Shown piece after piece: positions 15,922-25,100 of a DNA stretch of 64,000 bases. Position numbers and translations under genes: made by a program. This stretch comes from an uncultured virus (IMG/VR IMGVR_UViG_3300043428_000060) (lineage: Duplodnaviria; Heunggongvirae; Uroviricota; Caudoviricetes). Position 1 is the first letter of the stretch, and every line of letters begins with the position of its first letter. The notes beneath the pieces were generated by a model. It worked only from the letters and a program-made list of their open reading frames with translations. It made no database searches and was not told the DNA's origin. The stretch lies in the IMG/VR virus record IMGVR_UViG_3300043428_000060, one strand, 5' to 3'.

Positions 15922-16851
15922 ATGTATTATCTTTATCACATATTAGGGAAAAAAATAGGAGTTACACGTAATCTTAATAATAGAATTACGGTACAACAAG
16001 GGTACCAGCCATCCGAATACGAAGTTCTGGACTCTAGCGACGATATAGATTATATATCAGCAAAGGAGGCAGAGCTTCAATTACTCTACGGCTATAAGAT
16101 AGACTTGCATTCCTATAAAGAATTAATGAATAAACTTAAATTAAATAAAATGGAAACAAACGTAACAGAACAAACAATTACATTTGCATGCCCTGTAAGT
16201 AAATTAAAAGGGCAGCTTATGGACAACATTGGAGAAATAATTACTTCTCCTTATGGAAATTTTAAATTGACTCCTACTATTGTAGATTGGATCATGACAA
16301 ATGTAAGAACATCGATGTACAATCCTAATAGATCGTACGTTTATAATAAAGCATTAAGTGAATACTTAAAATTATTGCCAACAAATGTAACGGTAGACAA
16401 TAGATTAATTGCTACTTTACCAAATCAACAAATTGAATTTAAAGAAAAAACTAGCAAAAAAACTAATAGGTTTAAAGACATTAGATCTTGGGCGCAAGAA
16501 AGAGGTATATATGCCAGCGGTGATCCTAAAACACAATATGTAAAACTTATTGAAGAGGTTGGTGAATTAGCTAAAGCTATTCTTAATGGCAATAAAGAAG
16601 AACAAAAAGACGGAATTGGAGATTCAATTGTTGTATTAACTAACTTAGCACACTTATTAGGATTTAAAGTTGAGGATTGTATTGACGCAGCTTATAATGA
16701 AATTAAGAATAGAAAAGGATCAATGCAAAATGGTACATTCGTAAAATCAAGCTGTAGCAATTCAGCTATGCCTAATGGGTTTGCTTATTATACCGGTTTA
16801 ACTAATACAGCTAAAGGCAGTACAACAAACACATTTAACAGTACATTGTAA
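15922..16851 (+). CDS. fusion of a GIY-YIG-like N-terminal domain and a MazG-family NTP pyrophosphohydrolase
   Basis: MYYLYHI..KIGVTRNLNNR at the N-terminus; KLIEEVGELAKA...KDGIGD in the C-terminal part. Confidence 0.8.
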   Translation: MYYLYHILGKKIGVTRNLNNRITVQQGYQPSEYEVLDSSDDIDYISAKEAELQLLYGYKIDLHSYKELMNKLKLNKMETNVTEQTITFACPVSKLKGQLMDNIGEIITSPYGNFKLTPTIVDWIMTNVRTSMYNPNRSYVYNKALSEYLKLLPTNVTVDNRLIATLPNQQIEFKEKTSKKTNRFKDIRSWAQERGIYASGDPKTQYVKLIEEVGELAKAILNGNKEEQKDGIGDSIVVLTNLAHLLGFKVEDCIDAAYNEIKNRKGSMQNGTFVKSSCSNSAMPNGFAYYTGLTNTAKGSTTNTFNSTL

Positions 16852-17156
16852 TGAGAACAAAAGAAATAATGTTTAGAGATCCAGTTGTTGAAAATGTAGT
16901 AGACAAATTTGTATCAAGATCAGATGTTGGATTTGCAAAGTATGGTAAAACATTACGCGATGACAAATCAGATATGCATACTTGGCTTAATCATTTTCAA
17001 GAAGAATTAATGGATGCCGTCTTATATGTTCAACGTCTTAAAGAAGAAGTTACATCTATAAAAGAAGAATTAGAACTTTTAAAAATAGATGTTAAAGACG
17101 CTGAAAAATGGACAGAGGCTAATGGTTTTTCATATACAATAGATGAAGAAAATTAG
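16851..17156 (+). CDS. all-alpha nucleotide pyrophosphohydrolase-like protein
   Basis: RSDVGFAKYG...WLNHFQEELMDAVLY. Confidence 0.55.
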   Translation: MRTKEIMFRDPVVENVVDKFVSRSDVGFAKYGKTLRDDKSDMHTWLNHFQEELMDAVLYVQRLKEEVTSIKEELELLKIDVKDAEKWTEANGFSYTIDEEN

Positions 17157-17619
17157 CAGAAAAAAGGGACCAGTAGTAGCAAAAAAGGTTATGTATGACG
17201 GCGTAACCTTTGCTTCTGGCCTTGAAAAGTATATGTTTATTGCTTTAATGGAAGCTGGTATAGATTTTAAATATGAAGGGCAGACATTTGAATTAGTACC
17301 AGCATTTACATTTATAAACAACTGTATTGAAAGGCAATCTAATAGTAAAGGTGATTTTGTAAACAGAGGTAATAAAAAAGTTCTTAATTTAAAATACACG
17401 CCTGATTTTGTTGGTGATGATTTTATAATTGAAACTAAAGGTAGAGCTAATGAGTCATTCCCTCTTAGATGGAAACTATTTAAGAAATGGATGCACGATA
17501 ATAACGACGAGAGAACATTATATAAACCACAAAAGATTTCAGAATGCGACGAGACGATACGTTTGATTCTATTAGAAAGAAACATGAGGCAAGGAAAAAA
17601 TATGCCGAAAGACAAATAG
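17143..17619 (+). CDS. T7 endonuclease I-like Holliday junction resolvase
   Basis: FASGLE...YEG...KYTPDF...IIETKG. Confidence 0.88.
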   Translation: MKKISRKKGPVVAKKVMYDGVTFASGLEKYMFIALMEAGIDFKYEGQTFELVPAFTFINNCIERQSNSKGDFVNRGNKKVLNLKYTPDFVGDDFIIETKGRANESFPLRWKLFKKWMHDNNDERTLYKPQKISECDETIRLILLERNMRQGKNMPKDK

Positions 17620-17711
17620 ACAAATGGGTAGCTTGGTCCTTTGCTAATAAAGGTAAAGTGATATATAAAGAGTTACTCGAAGTAATAGAACAATATAACA
17701 ATGCTAAATAA
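17544..17711 (+). CDS. small basic protein overlapping the 3' end of the endonuclease gene
   Basis: Manual translation MRRDDTFDSIRKKHEARKKYAERQIDKW...; fills an otherwise empty gap. Confidence 0.45.
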   Translation: MRRDDTFDSIRKKHEARKKYAERQIDKWVAWSFANKGKVIYKELLEVIEQYNNAK

Positions 17712-17717
17712 ATAATT

Positions 17718-17885
17718 ATGACTAGAAAGAAAAAAGTAGAAGCAGAAGAGCCAAAATCATGGGAATTATCTATAGGAATTTATCCAGGTATATTATTTGG
17801 AATTAGAACCTATGAATACGATGAATCAAAGTTGCACGTATTATACTTGCCGTTTATTGATATTGCTTTAGAAATTTATAAATAA
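17718..17885 (+). CDS. small hypothetical protein (55 aa)
   Basis: MTRKKKVEAEEPKSWELSIGIYPGILFG... Confidence 0.65.
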   Translation: MTRKKKVEAEEPKSWELSIGIYPGILFGIRTYEYDESKLHVLYLPFIDIALEIYK

Positions 17886-17893
17886 AAATATAT

Positions 17894-18862
17894 ATGGGAT
17901 TATTTGACAAAAGAATTGAATACAAACCGTTTGAATATCCTATATACTACACAGAAGGTTGGTTAAAGCAAGCTCAAGCATTTTGGCTGCACACGGAAAT
18001 CAGTATGTCTGGTGATGTGAAAGACTGGAATGAAAAGCTAAGCGAGTCTGAAAAGAATCTAGTGGGTAATATCCTGCTAGGTTTTGCTCAGACAGAGTGC
18101 GCGGTATCAGATTACTGGACACAAAGTGTGGTTAAATGGTTTCCTAAGCATGAGATACAACAGATGGCAATGCTATTTGGTTCTCAAGAAACTATTCACG
18201 CTGTAGCATATAGTTATTTAAATGAAACATTAGGATTAGATGATTTTAAAGCTTTTTTACACGAGCCTGCAACGGCTGAAAGGTTTGCTAACCTGGTTGC
18301 AACAGAAGGTAGGAGTACAGTTGATATTGGCCGTTCTCTTGCTGTATTTAGCGCTTTCGCTGAAGGGGTTAGTCTTTATTCTGCTTTTGCTGTATTGTAT
18401 TCTTTTCAATTAAGGAATTTACTTAAAGGCATTGGACAACAAATGAAGTGGAGTGTACGTGATGAATCATTACACAGTAAAATGGGATGCCAATTATTCC
18501 GCCACATGTGTGAAGAAGATCCTACGCTATTAGAAAATTGCAGACAAGACGTTATAACGGCTGCAGAGACAATGGTTGAATTAGAGATTAAGTATATTGA
18601 TAAGATGTTTGAAGCTGGAGAAATTGAAGGTATCAAATCTTATGACTTAATACAATTCATAAAGAAAAGAACAAACGAAAAATTAGTTGAGCTTGGTTAT
18701 TTAGATTTGGGATCTTATTTCCCATTCAATAAAGATGCGGCATCAAATTTAGATTGGTTCTATCATTTAACAGGAGGTGTAACACATACGGATTTCTTTG
18801 CTATTAGACCTACTGATTACAGTAAAGCAAATGAAGGAGAAGATTTTGAAGATATTTGGTAA
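17894..18862 (+). CDS. nrdB: ribonucleotide reductase class Ia beta subunit
   Basis: ETIHAVAY, EGVSLYSAF and RDESLH di-iron motifs. Confidence 0.95.
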   Translation: MGLFDKRIEYKPFEYPIYYTEGWLKQAQAFWLHTEISMSGDVKDWNEKLSESEKNLVGNILLGFAQTECAVSDYWTQSVVKWFPKHEIQQMAMLFGSQETIHAVAYSYLNETLGLDDFKAFLHEPATAERFANLVATEGRSTVDIGRSLAVFSAFAEGVSLYSAFAVLYSFQLRNLLKGIGQQMKWSVRDESLHSKMGCQLFRHMCEEDPTLLENCRQDVITAAETMVELEIKYIDKMFEAGEIEGIKSYDLIQFIKKRTNEKLVELGYLDLGSYFPFNKDAASNLDWFYHLTGGVTHTDFFAIRPTDYSKANEGEDFEDIW

Positions 18863-18877
18863 TTAAAATTATATAAA

Positions 18878-19084
18878 ATGAAAGAACAAACGTTAATTGA
18901 AATGAAAAATAAGCTTGATGCTATCATAAGAGTATTACAAACTGTGATGGATGATCAACAGCATTTAACAAGCTTATCGGTAGGTACATTAGAAACCGTA
19001 AAGTTAATGCCAGGTTATGATGAAGCTATTAAACAGATCACTGAAAAAGTAACAACAAAAGAAACAGATACGAATGTGGAATAA
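18878..19084 (+). CDS. hypothetical protein
   Basis: Packed ORF. Confidence 0.7.
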   Translation: MKEQTLIEMKNKLDAIIRVLQTVMDDQQHLTSLSVGTLETVKLMPGYDEAIKQITEKVTTKETDTNVE

Positions 19085-19103
19085 CGAATGGATAAATAAT
19101 TAA
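19074..19103 (+). pseudogene. orphaned 5' stub of nrdA (MWNNEWINN*)
   Basis: W-x3-W-I matches WDPLWI near the present NrdA N-terminus; lies immediately before the inserted endonuclease gene. Confidence 0.55.
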
Positions 19104-19116
19104 AAAAACACGTAAT
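19092..19116 (+). promoter_or_regulatory. class II (middle/late) phage promoter motif
   Basis: ATAA-N15-CGTAAT upstream of an endonuclease VII gene. Confidence 0.65.
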
Positions 19117-19141
19117 ATTAATAATATATAAAATTGTTAAT

Positions 19142-19645
19142 ATGAAAAAGTGTACAAAGTGCAACGCAGAGAAACCTTCTAGCGAGTATTATAAACATAG
19201 AGGAGGCTTATATTCTTCATGCAAAGAATGTAAGAAAAAAATACAAGCATTAAGATATGAGCCAAATCCTATTGTTTTAAAAAGTAATAAAATACCAAAT
19301 AGCCAAACTTGTTCAAAGTGTAATATTGAAAAATCAATTAAAAATTTTAGATATAGAAAAGATAGAAATCACTTTTATACAATATGTATAGATTGTCAAA
19401 GACTATCCCATATATGTAAAACTTATCTTGTCAATATTGATAAAGCGGTCGAATTGCATAATACAAATAAATGTAGTATATGTGATGTTGCTGTAATAGG
19501 TAAGAATCAATGCGTAGATCATTCACATAAAACAGGAATAGTTAGAGGAATATTATGCAGTAATTGCAATAGGGGATTAGGTTATTTTAATGATAATATA
19601 TATAAATTAGCAAATGCTATAAAATACTTAAATAATAATGAGTGA
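19142..19645 (+). CDS. endonuclease VII-family (HNH) putative homing endonuclease
   Basis: Two N-terminal CxxC zinc-finger repeats; [23 protein letters not shown]. Confidence 0.9.
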   Translation: MKKCTKCNAEKPSSEYYKHRGGLYSSCKECKKKIQALRYEPNPIVLKSNKIPNSQTCSKCNIEKSIKNFRYRKDRNHFYTICIDCQRLSHICKTYLVNIDKAVELHNTNKCSICDVAVIGKNQCVDHSHKTGIVRGILCSNCNRGLGYFNDNIYKLANAIKYLNNNE

Positions 19646-21374
19646 TAAAGTAAATGGATGGGATCCATTATGGATTAAGGGCGAAGATTATCCCGCGTGG
19701 GCTGATACGGACGTGTATAAGAAGACAATTGCCGGGGGGTATCTATTACCTTGGGAAACGCCAAAAGATGCTTATATGCGCGTCGCATCAACTGTTGCTA
19801 AAAGATTATATAAGCCAGAACTTACTGAAAAGTTTTTTGATTATATATGGAATGGTTGGTTGTGTTTAGCTTCGCCGGTATTGTCAAATACAGGAACAGA
19901 TCGTGGATTACCAATCAGTTGTTTTGGTATTGATGTAGCAGATAGTATTCAAGACATTGGACAAAAGAATTTAGAGATGATGCTACTCGCTAAGCACGGC
20001 GGTGGAGTTGGTATCGGAGTTAATCAAATTAGACCCGCTGGCAGTAAAATAACAGGCAATGGAACATCAGACGGAGTTGTCCCTTTCTGCAAGATATATG
20101 ACTCGACTATCCTCGCAACTAACCAAGGCTCAGTCCGTAGGGGAGCAGCTTCTGTTAATATCAACATTGAACACGGAGATTTTAAAGAATGGCTTGAAAT
20201 TAGAGAACCAAAAGGGGATGTCAACAGACAATCTCTTAATTTACATCAATGCGTCGTTGTCGGTGATAAATTCATGCGAAAGCTTGAACAAGGAGATAAT
20301 GAGGCGAGGGATAAGTGGAGCTCCCTTATCAGAAAACGTAAAGCAACTGGTGAACCTTATGTCTTGTTTAAAGGAAACACAAACAAATCAAATCCACAAG
20401 CTTATAGAACTCATGGGTTAAAAGTACACATGACTAATATATGCAGCGAAATAACATTACACACCGATGAAACACATAGCTTTGTATGTTGTTTATCATC
20501 ATTAAATTTAGCAAAATATGAAGAATGGAAAGACACAAACCTCATCTATGACGCAATCTGGTTTCTCGACGGAGTCATGGAAGAATTCATCCAAAGAGCA
20601 AAAGGATTACGAGGCTTTGAAAATGCGGTTAGATCGGCTAGTAAGGGAAGGCCTCTTGGACTTGGAGTGTTGGGATGGCACACATACCTGCAAGAAAAAG
20701 GATTGCCCTTCGAAGGATTGCTTGCACAGTATGAAACAAGGAAAATCTTTAGTCAACTCAAAATTGAAAGTGAACGAGCCAGTAAGGCACTTGCAGAAGT
20801 TTATGGCGAACCTTTATGGTGCGTTGGTACTGGTATGCGTAATACCCATCTTCGTGCCATTGCTCCTACTGTCAGCAATAGTAAGCTTAGTGGGAACGTA
20901 TCTTCAGGTATTGAGCCATGGGCTGCTAACGTATTTACCGAGCAAAGTGCAAAAGGTACTTTCATTCGAAAGAATCCAAGCTTAGTAAAACTATTAAAGA
21001 AACATAAAATTAATACAGATGAAATTTGGGCAAAAATATTGGCTGATGGAGGTTCTGTTCAAGATATTGACGAGCTCGATGATATTATGTTTAATCACGA
21101 CATACCGGCTAAAGATGTTTTCAAAACGTTTAAAGAGATCAATCAATTAGAATTGGTTAACCAAGCAGGTATTAGACAACAATATATTGATCAATCCGTT
21201 AGTTTAAATTTGGCTTTTCCAAACGAAGCAACGCCAAAGTGGATTAATAAAGTTCACATGGATGCATGGAAAAAAGGAATTAAGACTTTGTATTATATGC
21301 GTACTGAATCTGTTTTACGTGGTGACTTAGCAGCTAAAGCAATGGACGAAGGCTGTTTATCTTGTGACGGATAA
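19638..21374 (+). CDS. nrdA: ribonucleotide reductase class Ia alpha subunit (no ATP cone)
   Basis: SPVLSN, ISCF, GGGVG, TNICSEI, APTVS, KTLYY, C-terminal CLSC. Confidence 0.96.
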   Translation: MSDKVNGWDPLWIKGEDYPAWADTDVYKKTIAGGYLLPWETPKDAYMRVASTVAKRLYKPELTEKFFDYIWNGWLCLASPVLSNTGTDRGLPISCFGIDVADSIQDIGQKNLEMMLLAKHGGGVGIGVNQIRPAGSKITGNGTSDGVVPFCKIYDSTILATNQGSVRRGAASVNINIEHGDFKEWLEIREPKGDVNRQSLNLHQCVVVGDKFMRKLEQGDNEARDKWSSLIRKRKATGEPYVLFKGNTNKSNPQAYRTHGLKVHMTNICSEITLHTDETHSFVCCLSSLNLAKYEEWKDTNLIYDAIWFLDGVMEEFIQRAKGLRGFENAVRSASKGRPLGLGVLGWHTYLQEKGLPFEGLLAQYETRKIFSQLKIESERASKALAEVYGEPLWCVGTGMRNTHLRAIAPTVSNSKLSGNVSSGIEPWAANVFTEQSAKGTFIRKNPSLVKLLKKHKINTDEIWAKILADGGSVQDIDELDDIMFNHDIPAKDVFKTFKEINQLELVNQAGIRQQYIDQSVSLNLAFPNEATPKWINKVHMDAWKKGIKTLYYMRTESVLRGDLAAKAMDEGCLSCDG

Positions 21375-21454
21375 ATGTGCAGTATATTGCATATTATCTT
21401 GCATTTTGAATGATATTGTATAATATGTTGTACAAAAATGCCGTATAATGCATT
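21374..21454. repeat. cluster of short imperfect palindromes
   Basis: AATGTGCAGTATATTGCATATT (21374), TTGTATAATATGTTGTACAA (21416), AATGC-N8-GCATT (21437). Confidence 0.7.
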
Positions 21455-21466
21455 AAAATATAAATT

Positions 21467-22048
21467 ATGAAAGATATATATATAGTAGATGATTTCTTTC
21501 CAAAGGAATTACTTAGCCGCATTGAAAGTGATAAAGCGTCTTATGAAGAAGTTAAAACACCTGGAAAATCATTCTGGGTAAAAAGACCTTCAAATGATTT
21601 TATGAACTGGATATGCGGTAGTATATCTGATATAGAAGGTAATTTAATATCTCCTATACTTGGATTCTTTAGGCAAGCCAAGGAAGGCCAAGATAATGAT
21701 TGGAGAATACATAATGATTCTATAATAGAGGGACAACAACCTGATAGAGCAATTGTTATCTATGTGTCCGATAATAATTCAAACAAATTAAACGGGACAG
21801 CTTTCTGGAGCCATAAATTATATGGAGATAGATTTGTAAAGGAAGGAGAATTAGTTGATCCTGATGAGTTTAATCGATTAATAATGGAAGACTCAAACAA
21901 TCTTGATCTATGGGAATTAAGCTCTGTTATTGGTCACAAAAAAAATAGATTATTATCTTATCCTTGTGATTACTTTCACAGTAAATATCCGAATGAGTTT
22001 ATAGAAAGCAGAGAAGTATTTGTTATGTTTTATAAAGTTGATAAATAA
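21467..22048 (+). CDS. 2OG-Fe(II) oxygenase family protein
   Basis: HxD (IHND), GTAFW, NRLLSY, FHS and distal R. Confidence 0.8.
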   Translation: MKDIYIVDDFFPKELLSRIESDKASYEEVKTPGKSFWVKRPSNDFMNWICGSISDIEGNLISPILGFFRQAKEGQDNDWRIHNDSIIEGQQPDRAIVIYVSDNNSNKLNGTAFWSHKLYGDRFVKEGELVDPDEFNRLIMEDSNNLDLWELSSVIGHKKNRLLSYPCDYFHSKYPNEFIESREVFVMFYKVDK

Positions 22049-22050
22049 AA

Positions 22051-22076
22051 AAAGGGAGGCCGTTAAGCTTCCCTTT
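22051..22076. terminator. likely bidirectional intrinsic terminator at the convergence of the two arms
   Basis: AAAGGGAGGC-CGTTAA-GCTTCCCTTT hairpin with an A tract before and a T-rich tract after. Confidence 0.85.
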
Positions 22077-22115
22077 CTCTATTCATGGATTTCTAGGTAT
22101 GGTGCCTATTTTTCA

Positions 22116-25100
22116 TTAACCCATTTTTCTTCTTCTTCTTTTTTCTCTTCGATCAGCAACGGCTTGTCTTTTTAATTTGATACGCTCTGCTAGCGGTAAA
22201 CTTCTAATAGAATCTTTTGTTCTTTCTCTAGTCTCTTTAGCTTTTTCAACGCCCTCAATTTTTCTTTTAGCTTTTGCTTCTTCTCTGATTTTTTTATCAC
22301 CAGCTGAATCTTCAATACCAGCGCTATAAGGTGACCAACCAAGACCAACCATTATTCTTTGCATTGCAGTATTCTGAGAATTCAAAGCTTCGGATGCATT
22401 ATTTATTTTAGTAACCAAACGATCCATAGGTACATTGGTTGTTGCTTCAACAACTTTACCGGCTACTCCGTATGACGGACTTAAATTAACTCTGCCATCT
22501 TGCGTTACATCCCAGCCTCTTGCCTCAATTAAATCTTTATCAAATTTAGTTTGCTGAAGTCCACTGTAAAGTTTTCTAAGCTTAGATCCAATTGGCGGTG
22601 AAAGGTTAGCTGCTTCAAGTACAACTTTGGCATAATCAGCTTTGAACTTTTTATCTCTTTCGTCCAAATATTTTTTAGCCATATTTTTTACAGTAGCAAC
22701 AATTCCTCCAACAAAACCTGTACCTCTTAATATAGTGTCAATTACACCATCAGCAACATCAAACAATTTGTCATCTAATTTTTTCTCTTTATCAGATTTC
22801 TCTTTGTCTTCATCGTCATCACCAAAAGCTACAGCAAATAATCCTTGTTGTAATACAGCAAACATTGTATTTTGTATTGCTACATAATAAGCAATCTTAG
22901 CAAAGTTTGTTTTAGCATCACCCCTACCATTTTTAAGATCAAGCACTGCTTTTTTAACAATACGAGATTGTTGCATCGCGGTATTCTGGAATGTTAACAA
23001 TAATCTACCAGCAGGACTAGCTTGTTGTTTAGATATATCTCTTGGATCACCAGATTGTTGTGTTTCATCAGATACTTTTGTAAAGTCATCCCAAGCTGCT
23101 TCTTCAGCCTCTTGCTCTGTCATTCCCTCTTTCAAATAACTCTTTATTCTATTTCTATAGAAAGGAGCACCTCCTGAAGCAATAGCAAAACTATCTGCCA
23201 TTTGCGTTGGTGTATAACCTATCTTCAATAAATAAGATAATATAGCACCAACTTTATTCTTACTACCTTCAGCAGCATTAGCAATCTCAGCAGCAGCAAC
23301 GTCTTCTTTTAAACCGCCACGTCTTTCCTTCATTTTGTCTGAATTCCAGATAGTAGCAAAATCTTCCCAATATTGCTTTTGATTAGCAAATGCTTTAGCA
23401 GCAGCATAAGGATTATTGTCCCTTAAGTTTAAGAAATTGACTGCTCCAATTAACTGTAACGCAGCGGATCTTACGTTTAAGAACATGATTGCTCCAGTGG
23501 ATCCAGATACCCAATTAGCCCAAGCGCTAGTCTCTTTGTCTTTTCCAAAGCTTTTGTTTTTACCAGTTATCATTCTGTATAAAACATCTTCTAAGGCTTC
23601 TCTAACATCTGTACCATATACAGCTTCAACTTTGTTTATATTAGGACCAACTAATTTACCATTTTCGAATTTACCAAACATCTCTTCAGCATTGGCAATA
23701 AATTCAGATAAGAATTTCTTTCTACCTTCGCCTTCTGTTAAGTTATGTAAATCTGTGATAATTGTATTAGCATCCCAATATTGTTCTGGTTTAATCCAAC
23801 CTCTACCTTGTCTTCCTGTTACAATTAAACTATCTTTAAAAGCTTTTAATTCTGGATCTGAATTAACAAGAGTAGTTAGTTTATTAGAATCTCGTTGTGA
23901 TAGTCCTGGAATATCTACGCCTTCTTCATTCCACATTGCAACACGAATTGCTTGATCGTAAGTAAAGTCTCCATCTGGAGTTCTTTTTTCAATCTTCTTA
24001 GCTACATCTGGGAATTCGTTTAATAATTGCTTATACTCTTTTTTAATAGATTGCCTTGCAGCATCCATTAAATCATTTCCATTAGCATAAGGTTTTAACA
24101 ATGTATCAGCAAAAAATTTCTTTTGCTCTTCTCCTTTTGCTCCTTTGCCTATAAAGTTATAAAGTAACAATTCAAAATCAGCTGCTGAAGCAGGCACATA
24201 AAAATCAAATTTGTTTTTACCAATACCTCTTCTTCTAGCAACAATATCTGAAAAGCTTTTATAGTCTTCAACTCCTTTATTCTCTTCTATTATTTTATTA
24301 AACTTAGGTGATATTGTTTTACTAAACTTAATAGAATCATTAACAAATTCTTCAGGATTGTCTATTAAATTATAATCAGATTTTTGATCCCAATTATTAC
24401 CTAATTGAAAAAACAATCTTTCAATTATTCTCCTATTCTTACCCGATGCAACAGAAGTTATTCTGCTATACACGTACATATTGCCGTTGATCAAAGGCAC
24501 TTTAGCTAATTCGCCAGTATTACTGCCCTCATAAGTAAATGAGCCATTCCCTTGTATATGAATAATATCTTTACCAACATTTATTTGAGCCAATGTTTTT
24601 GGAGTTATAACCATACTGGGCCCAGTTTTTTCTCCTTTAACATTATTCCAAACTTCATTGGATACAATTAATGAATTGCCGTCTTTGCTTAAATTATTGC
24701 TTTTTAAATATTCTAATGCTTTTTGGCGTGACTCATTATCCTTCATTTTGGATTTCATTTCGGTATCACCGTCAAATCCTTTTGTAAATATTATTTCATC
24801 ACCAAGCAAATTAGAGTTTGATGTGCTTCCATGAGGAGCAGTCTTATCTGCTTTTAATTCAACTATTACATTACGACCATCTTTACCAACTCTATATACT
24901 AAATCTGGATTTCTGCTATTAAATTTATCAGGCGCAGCCTCATTTAAAATAAAATCAGGATTATTTTTAGAAAACTTCCTTAATTTATTAAATGCTTCCG
25001 CTTCAAATTTAACACCTGCATTTGATTCCCATATTCTTTTATATTCATCAAGCAAATTACTTACACGGCGTATCCATTTTTTTCTAAAATCAGTATAATA

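Noticed and set aside
19074..19645. Group I intron in nrdA around the endonuclease
   Set aside because: No room for a ribozyme core: the flanks are short and AT-rich, and nrdA has its own ATG overlapping the endonuclease stop
13206..20985. Alternative-frame ORFs inside the primase and nrdA genes (13206, 13974, 19654, 20059, 20518)
   Set aside because: Fully nested in conserved genes with no independent evidence
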